A stretch of 64,000 bases of DNA. Source: Candidatus Bathyarchaeota archaeon (lineage in GTDB: Archaea; Thermoproteota; Bathyarchaeia; Bathyarchaeales; Bathycorpusculaceae). The DNA lies in contig CAVTBV010000009.1 of assembly GCA_963733095.1 (NCBI GenBank), positions 128,001 to 192,000 of the forward strand. Reading direction: 5' to 3'. The notes beneath the pieces are model-generated. The model saw only the letters and a list, made by a program, of their open reading frames with translations, searched no databases and had not been told where the DNA came from. Positions 38,978 to 48,920 of this stretch are shown one piece after another (within the stretch, counting starts at the first letter, position 1; each line of letters starts with the position of its first letter). A program made the translations under genes and the position numbers.

Positions 38978-40228
38978 ATGCCCTCGCTCAAGCTGCAACC
39001 TTCCTCCTACTCGCATGAAGTAATAGTTGTTGGTGGTGGACCCGTTGGTTGCTATGCTGCCGAAAACTTGGCAAAAAAAGGCGCAAAAGTCACAGTTTTT
39101 GAGGAACACCCTGAGATTGGGTTACCGTCGCATTGTGCTGGGCATATCAGCATACGAAGCTTAAGAACCATGGGGCTGTATCCTCTGCCAAAGGGAATAG
39201 TTGAGAATACCTTTTGCGCTGCCAACTTTTATTCGCCCGTTGGCTCAAAGTTTTCGCTTCATCTTTCCTGTCCAGTTACCACAGCTTTGAACAGGGCTCT
39301 GTTTGATCAGTACTTGGCCAAAAAGGCTCAGGACGCTGGGGCAAACTTTGTTCTGAACTCTCGTGTGCAATCGCTGTTGAAGGCAGATGGCTTTGTTAGA
39401 GGCGTTATAGCTGAGCGAACTGGTGGTTTTGAAGAGGATTTTAATTCTAAAATCGTAATAGACGCTGAAGGTATATCTTCAAGGCTTCTAAGGCAAGCCA
39501 GATTACAAACACTCAAACCCAGCGGTTTAGTTTATGCGGTTGAAGCTGAGGTGGATGGCGTTAGGGATGTTGAGTTTGACGCCGTTGAGGTTTATTTTGG
39601 CAAAGCTTATGCACCAGGCTTTTACGGCTGGCTTATCCCACGGCCTGATGGCTCGGCGAAGGTGGGTTTAGCAACAAACCATGGCAACCCACGCGAGTAC
39701 CTTAAGCGACTCATGATCAAGCATCCAGTAGCATCGAAGCAGCTTGCCAAAGCCAAAATAACACAAGTCGGCTACCATGCCATAACATTGGGTGGTCCAA
39801 TCAACAGGTCATACGCGGATGGTTTTCTTGCCGTAGGCGACTGCGCTTCACAAGTTAAGCCCACGACGGGTGGCGGAGTAATCTTTGGATTAAAATGTGC
39901 TAAGTTGGCTGCAGAAGTTGCAAGCCAAGCTCTAAAGAAAGATGATGTTTCATCCTATCTCCTGCAAAACTACCAAAAACGATGCAGTGACCAGTTGAGT
40001 TTTGATTTCCTCGTCATGCTCAGACTCAGGCGGTTTCTTAATTCTCTTTCAGACGAGAAATTAGATGAGATGCTTCGGGTCTGTGGAAAGTTAGGTGTGG
40101 ACAAAGCTTTGAAAGATGTTGATGAGATTGATTTTCAAGGCAAAATGCTTCTAACTGCAATGAGGAAACCGTCAATGGCTGCAGCTCTAGCTTACTTTGG
40201 TTTACTCTACCTGTCTGCAAACCCTTAA
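38978..40228 (+). CDS. Geranylgeranyl reductase-family FAD oxidoreductase
   Basis: GGGP.G, P.HCAG, R..FD, GFYGWLIP, VGD.A.QVKPTTGGG. Confidence 0.9.
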   Translation: MPSLKLQPSSYSHEVIVVGGGPVGCYAAENLAKKGAKVTVFEEHPEIGLPSHCAGHISIRSLRTMGLYPLPKGIVENTFCAANFYSPVGSKFSLHLSCPVTTALNRALFDQYLAKKAQDAGANFVLNSRVQSLLKADGFVRGVIAERTGGFEEDFNSKIVIDAEGISSRLLRQARLQTLKPSGLVYAVEAEVDGVRDVEFDAVEVYFGKAYAPGFYGWLIPRPDGSAKVGLATNHGNPREYLKRLMIKHPVASKQLAKAKITQVGYHAITLGGPINRSYADGFLAVGDCASQVKPTTGGGVIFGLKCAKLAAEVASQALKKDDVSSYLLQNYQKRCSDQLSFDFLVMLRLRRFLNSLSDEKLDEMLRVCGKLGVDKALKDVDEIDFQGKMLLTAMRKPSMAAALAYFGLLYLSANP

Positions 40229-40265
40229 AATCTCGAGTGCTAACCTAGAGGCGGGATAATGTTAA

Positions 40266-40628
40266 ATGGGCGAATTTGAATACAAGCAAGTCCTCGTTTT
40301 CCGAACTGACCTGCAGATGGGCAAAGGCAAAATTGCAGCACAAGCAGGACATGCAGCCATATCCGCGGCTCAAGACGCTTTTGTACACCATAAAAAATGG
40401 TGGGACGCCTGGCTGTATGAAGGACAAAAGAAGGTTGCGGTTAAAGTTCAGACTGAAAAAGAACTATGCGAGTTGGAGGAGGCTGCTGAGGATTTAGGTT
40501 TACCTCATGCCTTGATTGTTGACCGTGGTTTAACTCAGATTCCTGAGGGCTCTATTACTTGCTTGGGAATTGGTCCCGCGCCCTCAGCAATGGTTGATCG
40601 GTTAACTGGCAAACTTAAACTGTTATAG
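40266..40628 (+). CDS. pth2: Peptidyl-tRNA hydrolase 2
   Basis: RTDL.MGKGK.AAQ.GHA, GQKKV, D.G.TQI, GIGP. Confidence 0.96.
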   Translation: MGEFEYKQVLVFRTDLQMGKGKIAAQAGHAAISAAQDAFVHHKKWWDAWLYEGQKKVAVKVQTEKELCELEEAAEDLGLPHALIVDRGLTQIPEGSITCLGIGPAPSAMVDRLTGKLKLL

Positions 40629-40637
40629 GCGACTTTT

Positions 40638-42011
40638 TTGTTTGTTCCCGACCTTGACAAGCTGCTCGGCATGGATGTTTATGCTACGAAAACTCAAGGT
40701 GTCGGCGGCAGAATTAAAGCGTCAGTTGAGGATTTTTTTGTTGAAGAAGTATTGGTTGATGGCTCCAAAGCCAACGTGAATGGGGAGGTTCCCTCGAGGG
40801 TTCTGGGGTCTACGGCACAGGGGCAGCGTTTTTTGCTGTGTGTTTTGATTAAGCGCAACTGGGACACTTTCATCGCCTTGAAAAATATCGCAAAGTCTTT
40901 GGGAATTGATCAGGCAAGGGTTCAGTTTGCCGGAATCAAGGATGCTAAAGCTGTTACTGCACAACACATCACCATAGAGAACATTTTGATGGAAGATGCC
41001 GCGAAGGTTGCAATTAAAGAAATCGAGGTTCACCCAGTCGGATACATTCGGGAAATGCTCTCCGTATTCTACCTGTTGGGCAACAATTTTACAATAACAA
41101 TCAAATCCGTCACTGACTTAGAAGAAACTATTGAACAAAATATCACCCAAACAATGCAAGAACTCGATGCAGTCGGCGGCATCCCCAACTTTTTTGGTCA
41201 CCAACGCTTCGGAACGACTCGTCCAATAACACATTTAGTTGGAAAAGCGCTCGTCCGAGGCAAGTTTGAGGAGGCGGCAATGCTCTTTTTGGCTAAACCT
41301 AGCGTTCATGAACATCCCGGGTCAAGGCAAGCCCGCCAAGACCTGCAGTTAACCCGAAATTTTAAGCAAGCTCGAGAGAATTTTCCCAAACAACTCCGCT
41401 TTGAACGAATGATGCTCAACCATTTAGCTAATAACCCCGAGGACTTTGTTGGGGCCTTCCAAAAGTTACCGTTGAAGCTTCAAGCGCTCTTTGTCCAAGC
41501 GCATCAATCCTACTTGTTTAACCGTTTTCTAAGCGAGCGGGTTAAGCATGGTTTGCCTTTCAATGAGGCGGTGGAGGGAGACTATGTAGTTGGTGTTGAG
41601 CGTTCGGGGTTGCCTCTTACTAATGTGGCTAAGGTTGCGACAGCGGAGAACTTGTCTGAAGTTAATGCTCAGGCTAAGGCGGGTCGGTTGCGTGTTGCTC
41701 TTCCGATTTTTGGTGTAAAACAGAGGCTATCCCAAGGCGTTATGGGGCAGATAGAACGTGGAGTTCTTGAACAGGAAGGTGTCGAAATGGAGAATTTGCG
41801 ATTTAACGAGTTGTCAAGAGCTGGTGGGAAAGGCGGTTTGCGTGCGGCTGTTACTCCAATAAAGGACTTTCGGCTACAAGATGTTTCTGCGAATAAGGCT
41901 GGCGTAGGGTACTGGGCAAAGGTGAGTTTTATGTTGCTAAGGGGCTCCTATGCGACGGTTTTGTTAAGGGAACTAATGAAGCCTTCTGACCTTGTGGCTG
42001 CTGGTTTCTAA
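40638..42011 (+). CDS. truD: tRNA pseudouridine(13) synthase
   Basis: DF.VEE, AGIKD..AVT.Q, GN.F, NFFG.QRFG, G.YAT..LRE. Confidence 0.95.
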   Translation: MFVPDLDKLLGMDVYATKTQGVGGRIKASVEDFFVEEVLVDGSKANVNGEVPSRVLGSTAQGQRFLLCVLIKRNWDTFIALKNIAKSLGIDQARVQFAGIKDAKAVTAQHITIENILMEDAAKVAIKEIEVHPVGYIREMLSVFYLLGNNFTITIKSVTDLEETIEQNITQTMQELDAVGGIPNFFGHQRFGTTRPITHLVGKALVRGKFEEAAMLFLAKPSVHEHPGSRQARQDLQLTRNFKQARENFPKQLRFERMMLNHLANNPEDFVGAFQKLPLKLQALFVQAHQSYLFNRFLSERVKHGLPFNEAVEGDYVVGVERSGLPLTNVAKVATAENLSEVNAQAKAGRLRVALPIFGVKQRLSQGVMGQIERGVLEQEGVEMENLRFNELSRAGGKGGLRAAVTPIKDFRLQDVSANKAGVGYWAKVSFMLLRGSYATVLLRELMKPSDLVAAGF

Positions 42012-42070
42012 AGTGTTGCGGTAAAGCTGATAAGTAAGCGATTAATTCAGTATTGTTAGGAGCTTCTTTT

Positions 42071-42637
42071 ATGGAAAACGAATCGCCTCGTCAATGCGTT
42101 ATTCCGCTTCATAAGCCCAGTGTTAAAGAGTTAATTTTCTTTTTTGCTTCAGGATTCTTGGTCAGTATTCCTTTTGCGGTTTTCTACGAGTCGCTTTTCC
42201 CAGCTGGATTTTCTGTTGCTTTGCTCATAGTGGTTTTGGCTCCCTTCATCGAGGAATTAGCCAAAGTCTTCCCCTTATTCTATCGACACGGTGAAACAGA
42301 ACGCTCACTTGTAACTTTGGGCCTACTACTGGGGTTAGGCTTTGGTATAGCAGAGTTTTTTGAGTACATTTTCATTACAGGTGCTCCAATTATTGCAAGT
42401 TTTTCCCACATTATCTTTCATGCTTCAAGCGCAACCATAGTTGCTTACGGAATAGCTACAAAGAAACCGTTACCATACTACTTGATTGCGGTTTCGCTCC
42501 ATATAGTGAACAACTTTTTTGCTCTTTCAGGCGACATCTTCTTGGGGCTTTTTGCTGAACTGCTAGTGCTAATTACCGTTTACTTGCTGGCTTGGCGCTT
42601 TTATCACCAGGCTTCAAAGGATAAGATGGTTGTTTAG
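42071..42637 (+). CDS. PrsW-family intramembrane metalloprotease-like protein
   Basis: APFIEELAK, GLGFGIAE, two His in TM helices (SHIIFH, LHIVNN). Confidence 0.8.
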   Translation: MENESPRQCVIPLHKPSVKELIFFFASGFLVSIPFAVFYESLFPAGFSVALLIVVLAPFIEELAKVFPLFYRHGETERSLVTLGLLLGLGFGIAEFFEYIFITGAPIIASFSHIIFHASSATIVAYGIATKKPLPYYLIAVSLHIVNNFFALSGDIFLGLFAELLVLITVYLLAWRFYHQASKDKMVV

Positions 42638-43161
42638 CTGACTCTGTCGGTTCTTGCCAAGTCTCGGAGCCTGTTAACTCCATCTATCTCCAAGATGAAG
42701 TCAGCCACACTTTTTGGCACAAGTTCAGTCCAGCTGTTATCTTTAATCATTTTCTCCCGTACCACAGTTGACATGTAGACTTTTCTCTCGAAAAGCGGGA
42801 TGGTTTTGACTTCATAGCCGGCTTCCATGAAGAGCCTCTTGGTTAGGGGTTCGTTGGAGAATAAGGCTTTGAATTTGGGTGTGTAGCCTTCGACTGCGCT
42901 AACCCATAGCATGTGCAGGTGAACGTCTGGAACGGGTACGATCCACAGTTTAGAATCCTCAACTCCCGCCTCCCGAAGTGCCTGACGAACCATAAAAAGT
43001 CGTTCGCCAGCAGTAAATGGGTTGTTTGTATTGTGGCTGTATTGGGCGCTGCCTATTACTATTACGAGTTCATCTACTTCGTTTAAGACGTATTTGATGG
43101 CGTCTAGGTGTCCTAAATGGAAAGGCTGAAATCTTCCAACGTAGAGACCTCGATTAACCAT
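42634..43161 (-). CDS. nadM: Nicotinamide-nucleotide adenylyltransferase
   Basis: GRFQPFHLGH, GSAQ.SH..NPFTAGER. Confidence 0.95.
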   Translation of the reverse strand: MVNRGLYVGRFQPFHLGHLDAIKYVLNEVDELVIVIGSAQYSHNTNNPFTAGERLFMVRQALREAGVEDSKLWIVPVPDVHLHMLWVSAVEGYTPKFKALFSNEPLTKRLFMEAGYEVKTIPLFERKVYMSTVVREKMIKDNSWTELVPKSVADFILEIDGVNRLRDLARTDRVS

Positions 43162-43216
43162 GGTGCTCACTTGCTTTGAGTGGGCCCACCTGCATTTATC
43201 ATTTGCGTAAACCCGT

Positions 43217-43801
43217 TTAAACAAAATTTCTTAAAACATGTTCAACTGGAAAAACAGTCATTTGCTTCCCCTCAACTTGAATTTCTTTTGGAACAGGAAA
43301 CCCCCTTTTCTCCTTTCCCAAAAGCTCCATCTTTGCTTTTAAGCCAAAGCCGTAACCGCCTAACGAAAAATCTGCCCTGACAACTCTGTGACAGGGAACG
43401 ATGGGGGCAAAGGGGTTGGATGCCATGATGTTTCCGACAGCTCTGGGTCCACCGCCGACAGCCTTAGCGATTGCACCGTAGGAGGTTACATAGCCGAGGG
43501 GAATTGCCGAGGTTGCTTTGAGGACTCTTTTGGTGTAGGCTGGTAAATGAGCTGTTGCCAGAGACAGGTTGGGTTGGGCTTCTTCTCCGTCGTATATGGT
43601 TTTCAATGTTGTAAGTGTGTGTTTGGCTGAGGCTACTGGCTCATGGAAAACTTGAAAGGGCAAGTTGAATGGTACGTTACCTAAAACGTTTTTTAATGCT
43701 GTATGTTGGTTTGCTCCAAAAGAAGATGTTACGATTTGTCGTTTGTTAACGGCGACTGCAAACCATGTGTCTTCGATGTTTTGGGAGTAGATTTCTATCA
43801 T
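43217..43801 (-). CDS. ogt: Methylated-DNA-protein-cysteine methyltransferase
   Basis: IP.G.V.SYG, RAVG, NP....PCHRVV. Confidence 0.92.
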   Translation of the reverse strand: MIEIYSQNIEDTWFAVAVNKRQIVTSSFGANQHTALKNVLGNVPFNLPFQVFHEPVASAKHTLTTLKTIYDGEEAQPNLSLATAHLPAYTKRVLKATSAIPLGYVTSYGAIAKAVGGGPRAVGNIMASNPFAPIVPCHRVVRADFSLGGYGFGLKAKMELLGKEKRGFPVPKEIQVEGKQMTVFPVEHVLRNFV

Positions 43802-43836
43802 CTGGCAGGTCCGCAATGTTGAATGTTTTATTTATG

Positions 43837-44007
43837 TTAAAAGTTTCTGCGGTAAAAGCTATTTTGGCTGGAGCAATCCATGCATGTAGCAACCAACCTT
43901 ACCTTATCCACTGCAGGTTTAGCTGTCAAGAAACTTTTTGGGGTAACGGAGACGTAACCGACGGGTTTGCCGCATTTTTGGCACCTTAACGGTTCAGACT
44001 TACTCAT
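43837..44007 (-). CDS. Small zinc-finger protein
   Basis: MSKSEPLRCQKCGKPVGY...ATCMDC. Confidence 0.65.
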   Translation of the reverse strand: MSKSEPLRCQKCGKPVGYVSVTPKSFLTAKPAVDKVRLVATCMDCSSQNSFYRRNF

Positions 44008-44088
44008 GCAAGCCACTTCACTTACTCTATAATGGTTATAAGTAACCTTAATAATTTGTCTTGTGTATATCAAGAAAAGGCGAAAATT

Positions 44089-44787
44089 ATGGAAGGTTAT
44101 GGACCACAATTACCAACTTTACCCAATATTCCACAAATCCAACTGATGCCGCAAGAACAGCAGCAAGGTCAAGGCAACCAAGCCCAACAGGGCATTGCAT
44201 GGATGCCAGGCGCAACCACCGTGGGTGCAATCTTCAAAGACGGTGTAATCTTAGCTTCAGAAAAAAGAGTAACCTACGGCAATTTCATAATGAGTAAAGG
44301 CGGCAAAAAAGTCTTCAAAGTAACAGACCGCATCGGCGTTGCATGCGCTGGTCTTATTGGAGATATGCAAATTCTCGCCAAAGAAATGCAGGCACAAGCT
44401 AACCTCTTCAGCATGGATGTTGGAAGACCAATTAGCGTGCGTTCTGCAGCGAAGCTTTTGGCTAACGTACTATTTAACCGCAGATACTCACCATTGTTCA
44501 CGCAAACCATCGTCGGCGGCTTAGATGAAGAAGGTGGATCACTCTACGTGCTTGACGTCTTAGGCTCCTTAATCCCCGATAAATATGCAGTTGTTGGTTC
44601 AGGAACAGAAATCGCCATGGGAGTCCTCGAAGAAGGCTACAAAGAAACCATGAGCGCCGAAGAAGCAAAAGAACTCGTTACCCGCTCGATAAAATCCGCC
44701 GTTAGCAGAGATTCCATGAGCGGCGACGGCATAGACTTCCTTATCATAACTAAGGAAGGCATCGCCGAAGAATCCATAAAGTTTTAA
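44089..44787 (+). CDS. psmB: Proteasome beta subunit (probably non-catalytic)
   Basis: MPG-ATTVG, DGVILASEKR, GSG, RD..SGDG. Confidence 0.93.
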   Translation: MEGYGPQLPTLPNIPQIQLMPQEQQQGQGNQAQQGIAWMPGATTVGAIFKDGVILASEKRVTYGNFIMSKGGKKVFKVTDRIGVACAGLIGDMQILAKEMQAQANLFSMDVGRPISVRSAAKLLANVLFNRRYSPLFTQTIVGGLDEEGGSLYVLDVLGSLIPDKYAVVGSGTEIAMGVLEEGYKETMSAEEAKELVTRSIKSAVSRDSMSGDGIDFLIITKEGIAEESIKF

Positions 44788-44853
44788 CTCTTTATTTTTT
44801 TAATATTTTTTAGTTTATTTAGTGTTTGAGTAGCCTTGCATGGGTGGAATGGT

Positions 44854-45477
44854 ATGTCGTTTGAACTAACTGATGAAGAAGGAAAATTTCTAATCAACTT
44901 AGCCCGAAAAACAGTGGAACAATACTTGCAAACAGGCAAAGTCCCCAAACCGCCCAAAGAAACACCAGAAAAACTCTTCGCGCACTGCGGGGTATTTGTG
45001 ACCATAAACAGCGTCAGCAGTGGAGCGAAGGAGCTACGAGGATGCATTGGTTATCCCTATCCTACCAGCCCACTTGTGGAAGCAGTGATTGACAGCGCCA
45101 TCAACGCGGCAACAGAAGACCCACGCTTTGAACCCTTAACTGCCCAAGAGTTGGGCAAAGTTGTTTTCGAAGTCAGCGTGCTAACGCCGCCCGAACCAGT
45201 AGACGTAGCAAATCCCAAAGAGTACCTGAGCAAAATCAAGGTTGGCGAAGATGGCTTAATAGTTGAACGCGGACCCTACAAGGGGCTGCTTTTGCCGCAG
45301 GTTCCAGTGGAGTGGGGCTGGTGTGAAGAAGAATTCCTCTGCCAATGCTGCATGAAAGCAGGGTTGCCGCCAGATTCTTGGTTAACGAAAGATGCAAGAC
45401 TCTACAAGTTCAAAGCCATAATCTTTGATGAACAAACCCCAAACGGCGAAGTCAAACGCCTAAAACTAACCAAATAA
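44854..45477 (+). CDS. AMMECR1-domain protein (TIGR00296)
   Basis: GVFVT, LRGCIG, DPRF, EVSVL, GLLLPQV, KAG. Confidence 0.93.
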   Translation: MSFELTDEEGKFLINLARKTVEQYLQTGKVPKPPKETPEKLFAHCGVFVTINSVSSGAKELRGCIGYPYPTSPLVEAVIDSAINAATEDPRFEPLTAQELGKVVFEVSVLTPPEPVDVANPKEYLSKIKVGEDGLIVERGPYKGLLLPQVPVEWGWCEEEFLCQCCMKAGLPPDSWLTKDARLYKFKAIIFDEQTPNGEVKRLKLTK

Positions 45478-45479
45478 AC

Positions 45480-46619
45480 TCAATCAAGCAGGGTTTCTAT
45501 GATTGAAACTGCCCTATCCAAACCGTTGAACTTGTTTGAGAACTCATTTAGTTCCGCCATATTTTTGTTGTAGGCTTCTTTTTCATTTTCCAATTTTTGA
45601 ACGGCTTTTTTGAGCTCCTTCTTGTTCTTTACGGTGATGGAGCAGTTTAGGTCTTGAAGTTTTGCTGCGTTGCCCAGCTGTTCAGGCTGGGTTGGGATGC
45701 AGATGCTTGGTTTAGCATACTTGATTGTTTCAAAGCATGTTGCGTGTCCGCCGCTGAAGATTACGAATTTGGCGTTTTTCATGGCTTTCTCTCTTTCTTG
45801 GGGAGTTAGCCATGTGTGGAGTTCGCAGTTGCCGATTTTAGTTGAAACCCTCTTTCCCGGGGTGCCCAGGCTTATGATGCATTTGGTTTTGAGTTTTTCG
45901 AGCACGGGAATAAGCGTTTTTGTTAGTTTTGCTCTTGTTCCGACGGGTCCGCTTATTGCGGCGTAGATGTGTTCTTGAGAACCCTCTACAGGTGAGGTGT
46001 CAACGAAGGCTCCTACATACTCGAAATTTTCTTTTAATCCGACATGGTCTAAATCGCCGATGCTGTATTCGGATACCGTGTAGGGTGGGGGGTTGTCAGG
46101 AATTATGATTTTTGAACACTGTTTCACGTACCGCTCAACTACGCGCTCACCCGGACTAAGAAAAGCTGAGAAGCCATAGCTGGGCCTTATCATGTTGGCG
46201 ATGTACACTGATGGAATTTTCCATCTTTGTGCCAGCCGAAGAGCGTTTATGTCGCCGTCCGCGATGAGCATGTCGGGTGCAATGTCATGGAGGTTTTTTC
46301 TTAAATCGTAGTAGCGGTTGATGGTTTCCATAGCGTTAGATTTCTTTAGTTCAAACCTGTTCTGCTCCATGTTAAAGAGAGGCAAAGGCACAAGAAGGTT
46401 CAGAAGCGAAGCCGAAGTGATTATGCCATGAGCGTTCTCGTACCAGGACACAGGGGTGCATTCGTAAACATGCTTGAACTCTCTTTGAAGCATTTCGTAG
46501 GCTTTGCCGCCTGAAAAAAAGAACATTTCGTGGCCGTTTTTCTCCAGCCGTTTTCCTAAAGGAATAATTCGCGAAACATGTCCTAATCCAAGTTCGGAAC
46601 AACTCAATAGCAATCGCAT
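45480..46619 (-). CDS. GT-B glycosyltransferase (GT28/MJ1255-like)
   Basis: GLGH.SR, SGGH.T..E, P....P.QPEQ..NA. Confidence 0.85.
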   Translation of the reverse strand: MRLLLSCSELGLGHVSRIIPLGKRLEKNGHEMFFFSGGKAYEMLQREFKHVYECTPVSWYENAHGIITSASLLNLLVPLPLFNMEQNRFELKKSNAMETINRYYDLRKNLHDIAPDMLIADGDINALRLAQRWKIPSVYIANMIRPSYGFSAFLSPGERVVERYVKQCSKIIIPDNPPPYTVSEYSIGDLDHVGLKENFEYVGAFVDTSPVEGSQEHIYAAISGPVGTRAKLTKTLIPVLEKLKTKCIISLGTPGKRVSTKIGNCELHTWLTPQEREKAMKNAKFVIFSGGHATCFETIKYAKPSICIPTQPEQLGNAAKLQDLNCSITVKNKKELKKAVQKLENEKEAYNKNMAELNEFSNKFNGLDRAVSIIETLLD

Positions 46620-46712
46620 ATTGATACAGGTTAATACAAGATTATATTTGAACTATCCCTTAAAAGGGGAAAAAAGGCAAGCAATTTAAGGCGTAAGCAT
46701 TAAAGTACACGT

Positions 46713-47567
46713 ATGTTTGTTCCCCGAAGGCTTGTAGAGGAAAAGCTCAAGCAATTTCTCGCCGACGACATCGGGCAGGGCGACGTGTCGGCAGCCGCGG
46801 CTATTCCTTCGAATTTAACCGTTAAAGCAGAGATTATTGCGAAGGAAGATGGCGTAGCGGCTGGAATCGAAGAAGCCACATTTCTCGCTGAGTACTTGGG
46901 GTTGATAGTTAAGACCAAAGTTGCTGATGGAGAAAAAATCAAAAACAAACAAGTCCTAATGAAAATTTCGGGAGATGCCCAAACAATACTTTCAGCTGAA
47001 CGAACCGTGCTTAATCTTCTTTCGCGAATGAGCGGCATCGCAACCAAAACACACGCTTTGGCTGAGAGGCTTGAGAGGGCAAACGTAAAAGCGAAAATTG
47101 CGGCGACACGCAAATCTGCACCGGGATTGCTCTACTTTGACAAAAAAGCAGTTGTAATTGGTGGCGGTGACCCGCATAGGCTGCATTTAGACGACATGGT
47201 ACTGCTTAAAGATAATCATTTGGTTATTGTGGGAAGCGTCGAAGAAGCCATCAGAAATGCTAAAGCTAATTCATCCTTCTCCAAAAAAATCGAAGTTGAA
47301 GTCGCAGACCTCGCAGACGCCTTGAAAGCCGCAAACGCGGGTGCAGATATCATTATGCTGGATAATTTTTCTCCCAAACAAGCCAAGGCGACTGGTGAAG
47401 CCCTAAGAAAAGCTGGATTTGCCAAAGTGCTGCTGGAAGTTAGCGGCGGAATCACGGGCGAAAACCTATTAGAGTTTGCCCAGGCAGAGGTTGACGTCAT
47501 AAGTATGGGCGAGTTGACTCATAGCGTTAAGGCACTTGACATCAGTTTGGAAATAGTGAAGACGTAG
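46713..47567 (+). CDS. nadC: Quinolinate phosphoribosyltransferase
   Basis: ER..LN, SGIAT, TRK..PG, HR..L.D, KDNH, EVEV, MLDN, SGG. Confidence 0.96.
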   Translation: MFVPRRLVEEKLKQFLADDIGQGDVSAAAAIPSNLTVKAEIIAKEDGVAAGIEEATFLAEYLGLIVKTKVADGEKIKNKQVLMKISGDAQTILSAERTVLNLLSRMSGIATKTHALAERLERANVKAKIAATRKSAPGLLYFDKKAVVIGGGDPHRLHLDDMVLLKDNHLVIVGSVEEAIRNAKANSSFSKKIEVEVADLADALKAANAGADIIMLDNFSPKQAKATGEALRKAGFAKVLLEVSGGITGENLLEFAQAEVDVISMGELTHSVKALDISLEIVKT

Positions 47568-47588
47568 AAAGAAAGGCTTTTTCCTGTT

Positions 47589-48182
47589 TTAGGCTGCAAG
47601 ATTTATTAGCCAAACTTCTACCACAGCGCCTATAGCAAGCAGACCCGCGCAGGTGCCAATGGATAATACCAACCATTTTAGTTCACGCCAAAGTATCCTT
47701 CGACCGCCATGCGGCACCTTGGATTTACCTGCCTGTATCAACCTTCTAATCAGCCAAATGCTCTCAGCCATAGCGATGGAGTAGGCTGCAAATTCCAGCC
47801 AGAACACTGGGGTCACTATCAAACTTGCAAGACCCAGCCATACAGGGTAGCCTTGTGTGGTTGCTATAGCGTTGAGGGCAATTCCTGTGTCGAATAGTAT
47901 GAACATTCCCACTGCAGCCCCCGCTAATGGCAAGAACATTAGCAAGCAGATGGAGAAGTTGTTTATGAAAATGTATTCTGTCAAGGTGTTGTTGGCTTTG
48001 TGCTGGTTTAATGTAGCATTTACCTGATTACTCAGCGTTGTGGCGTCTTGTGAACTTAGAGGTATGTAGGATCCAATTAATGTGACTATGAATGCAACAA
48101 GGAATATGGCTGTGATTGAATAGATTCTTTTTCGTCTTGGTGAAGCGTTCTTCCAAAAAGATAAATCAAGTTTCATAATCAA
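47589..48182 (-). CDS. SpoIIM/DUF95-like membrane protein
   Basis: IF.NN...L, P....LE..AY, A.VE. Confidence 0.8.
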   Translation of the reverse strand: MIMKLDLSFWKNASPRRKRIYSITAIFLVAFIVTLIGSYIPLSSQDATTLSNQVNATLNQHKANNTLTEYIFINNFSICLLMFLPLAGAAVGMFILFDTGIALNAIATTQGYPVWLGLASLIVTPVFWLEFAAYSIAMAESIWLIRRLIQAGKSKVPHGGRRILWRELKWLVLSIGTCAGLLAIGAVVEVWLINLAA

Positions 48183-48189
48183 ACCAGCT

Positions 48190-48882
48190 TTAATTCATTG
48201 GCTTAATCTTTAGGGCTCGGAATCCTCTTGCAATAGGGTTTAAGGTTTCTGATAATTTAACCTTTGTTAGAACTTTTTGCGTATCAACGCTGAATCCGCG
48301 AAGGTCATGCTCGTTTGCTATAAGAGAATGAAGATACACCCAGTTACCTAAGAATCTGGGCTGGCACATTAACGGCAACCCCAACAAAACACTTTCTTTC
48401 TCTTCCACCGCTCTTTGGGCGGCAAACAGAATTGCCTCTGCCCCAGCTGTTAATTCAGCAATCCGCACAGGCATGCTCTCTTTGCCAATAGCCAACATGT
48501 CTATGGCGTGAAGACGCTTTATTTCACAGGCAATCTTTCTGAGCCTTGGCAGAATCTTTAGAATGTTTTGTCTTCCCTTACCGGATGCTCTAAGATTCAA
48601 TAGTTCCACTGGCGATAGCTCTTCGACGGAAACTCCGCCCAGCGTCATATCCAAATGTACAACATCAGCCCTCATCATGTCCAGTAGACTTCTGCAAAGC
48701 TCAGCTTCGTGCACAATCACATCAAACCCCGTTTCGACTTCCCTGAAAATCGGTTCAGCTAAACGAAATGCAGGTTCCCTGTAAGGCGGCTCAACTAAAA
48801 CAGAAACGGAAGCCACATGGAGCAACGGCTTAAACTGATCGTCTAAAATGGCTGCTGCAGAATCCGCCGAAATAACCTTCAA
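48190..48882 (-). CDS. DUF4152-like protein
   Basis: AD..AA.LD..F.P, V.PPY, E..L, D..HLD...GG, GK.S..VRIAEL. Confidence 0.7.
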   Translation of the reverse strand: MKVISADSAAAILDDQFKPLLHVASVSVLVEPPYREPAFRLAEPIFREVETGFDVIVHEAELCRSLLDMMRADVVHLDMTLGGVSVEELSPVELLNLRASGKGRQNILKILPRLRKIACEIKRLHAIDMLAIGKESMPVRIAELTAGAEAILFAAQRAVEEKESVLLGLPLMCQPRFLGNWVYLHSLIANEHDLRGFSVDTQKVLTKVKLSETLNPIARGFRALKIKPMN

Positions 48883-48920
48883 GCCTTACACCTGACTATA
48901 AGAAGAGTTGAGCGGGAAAA

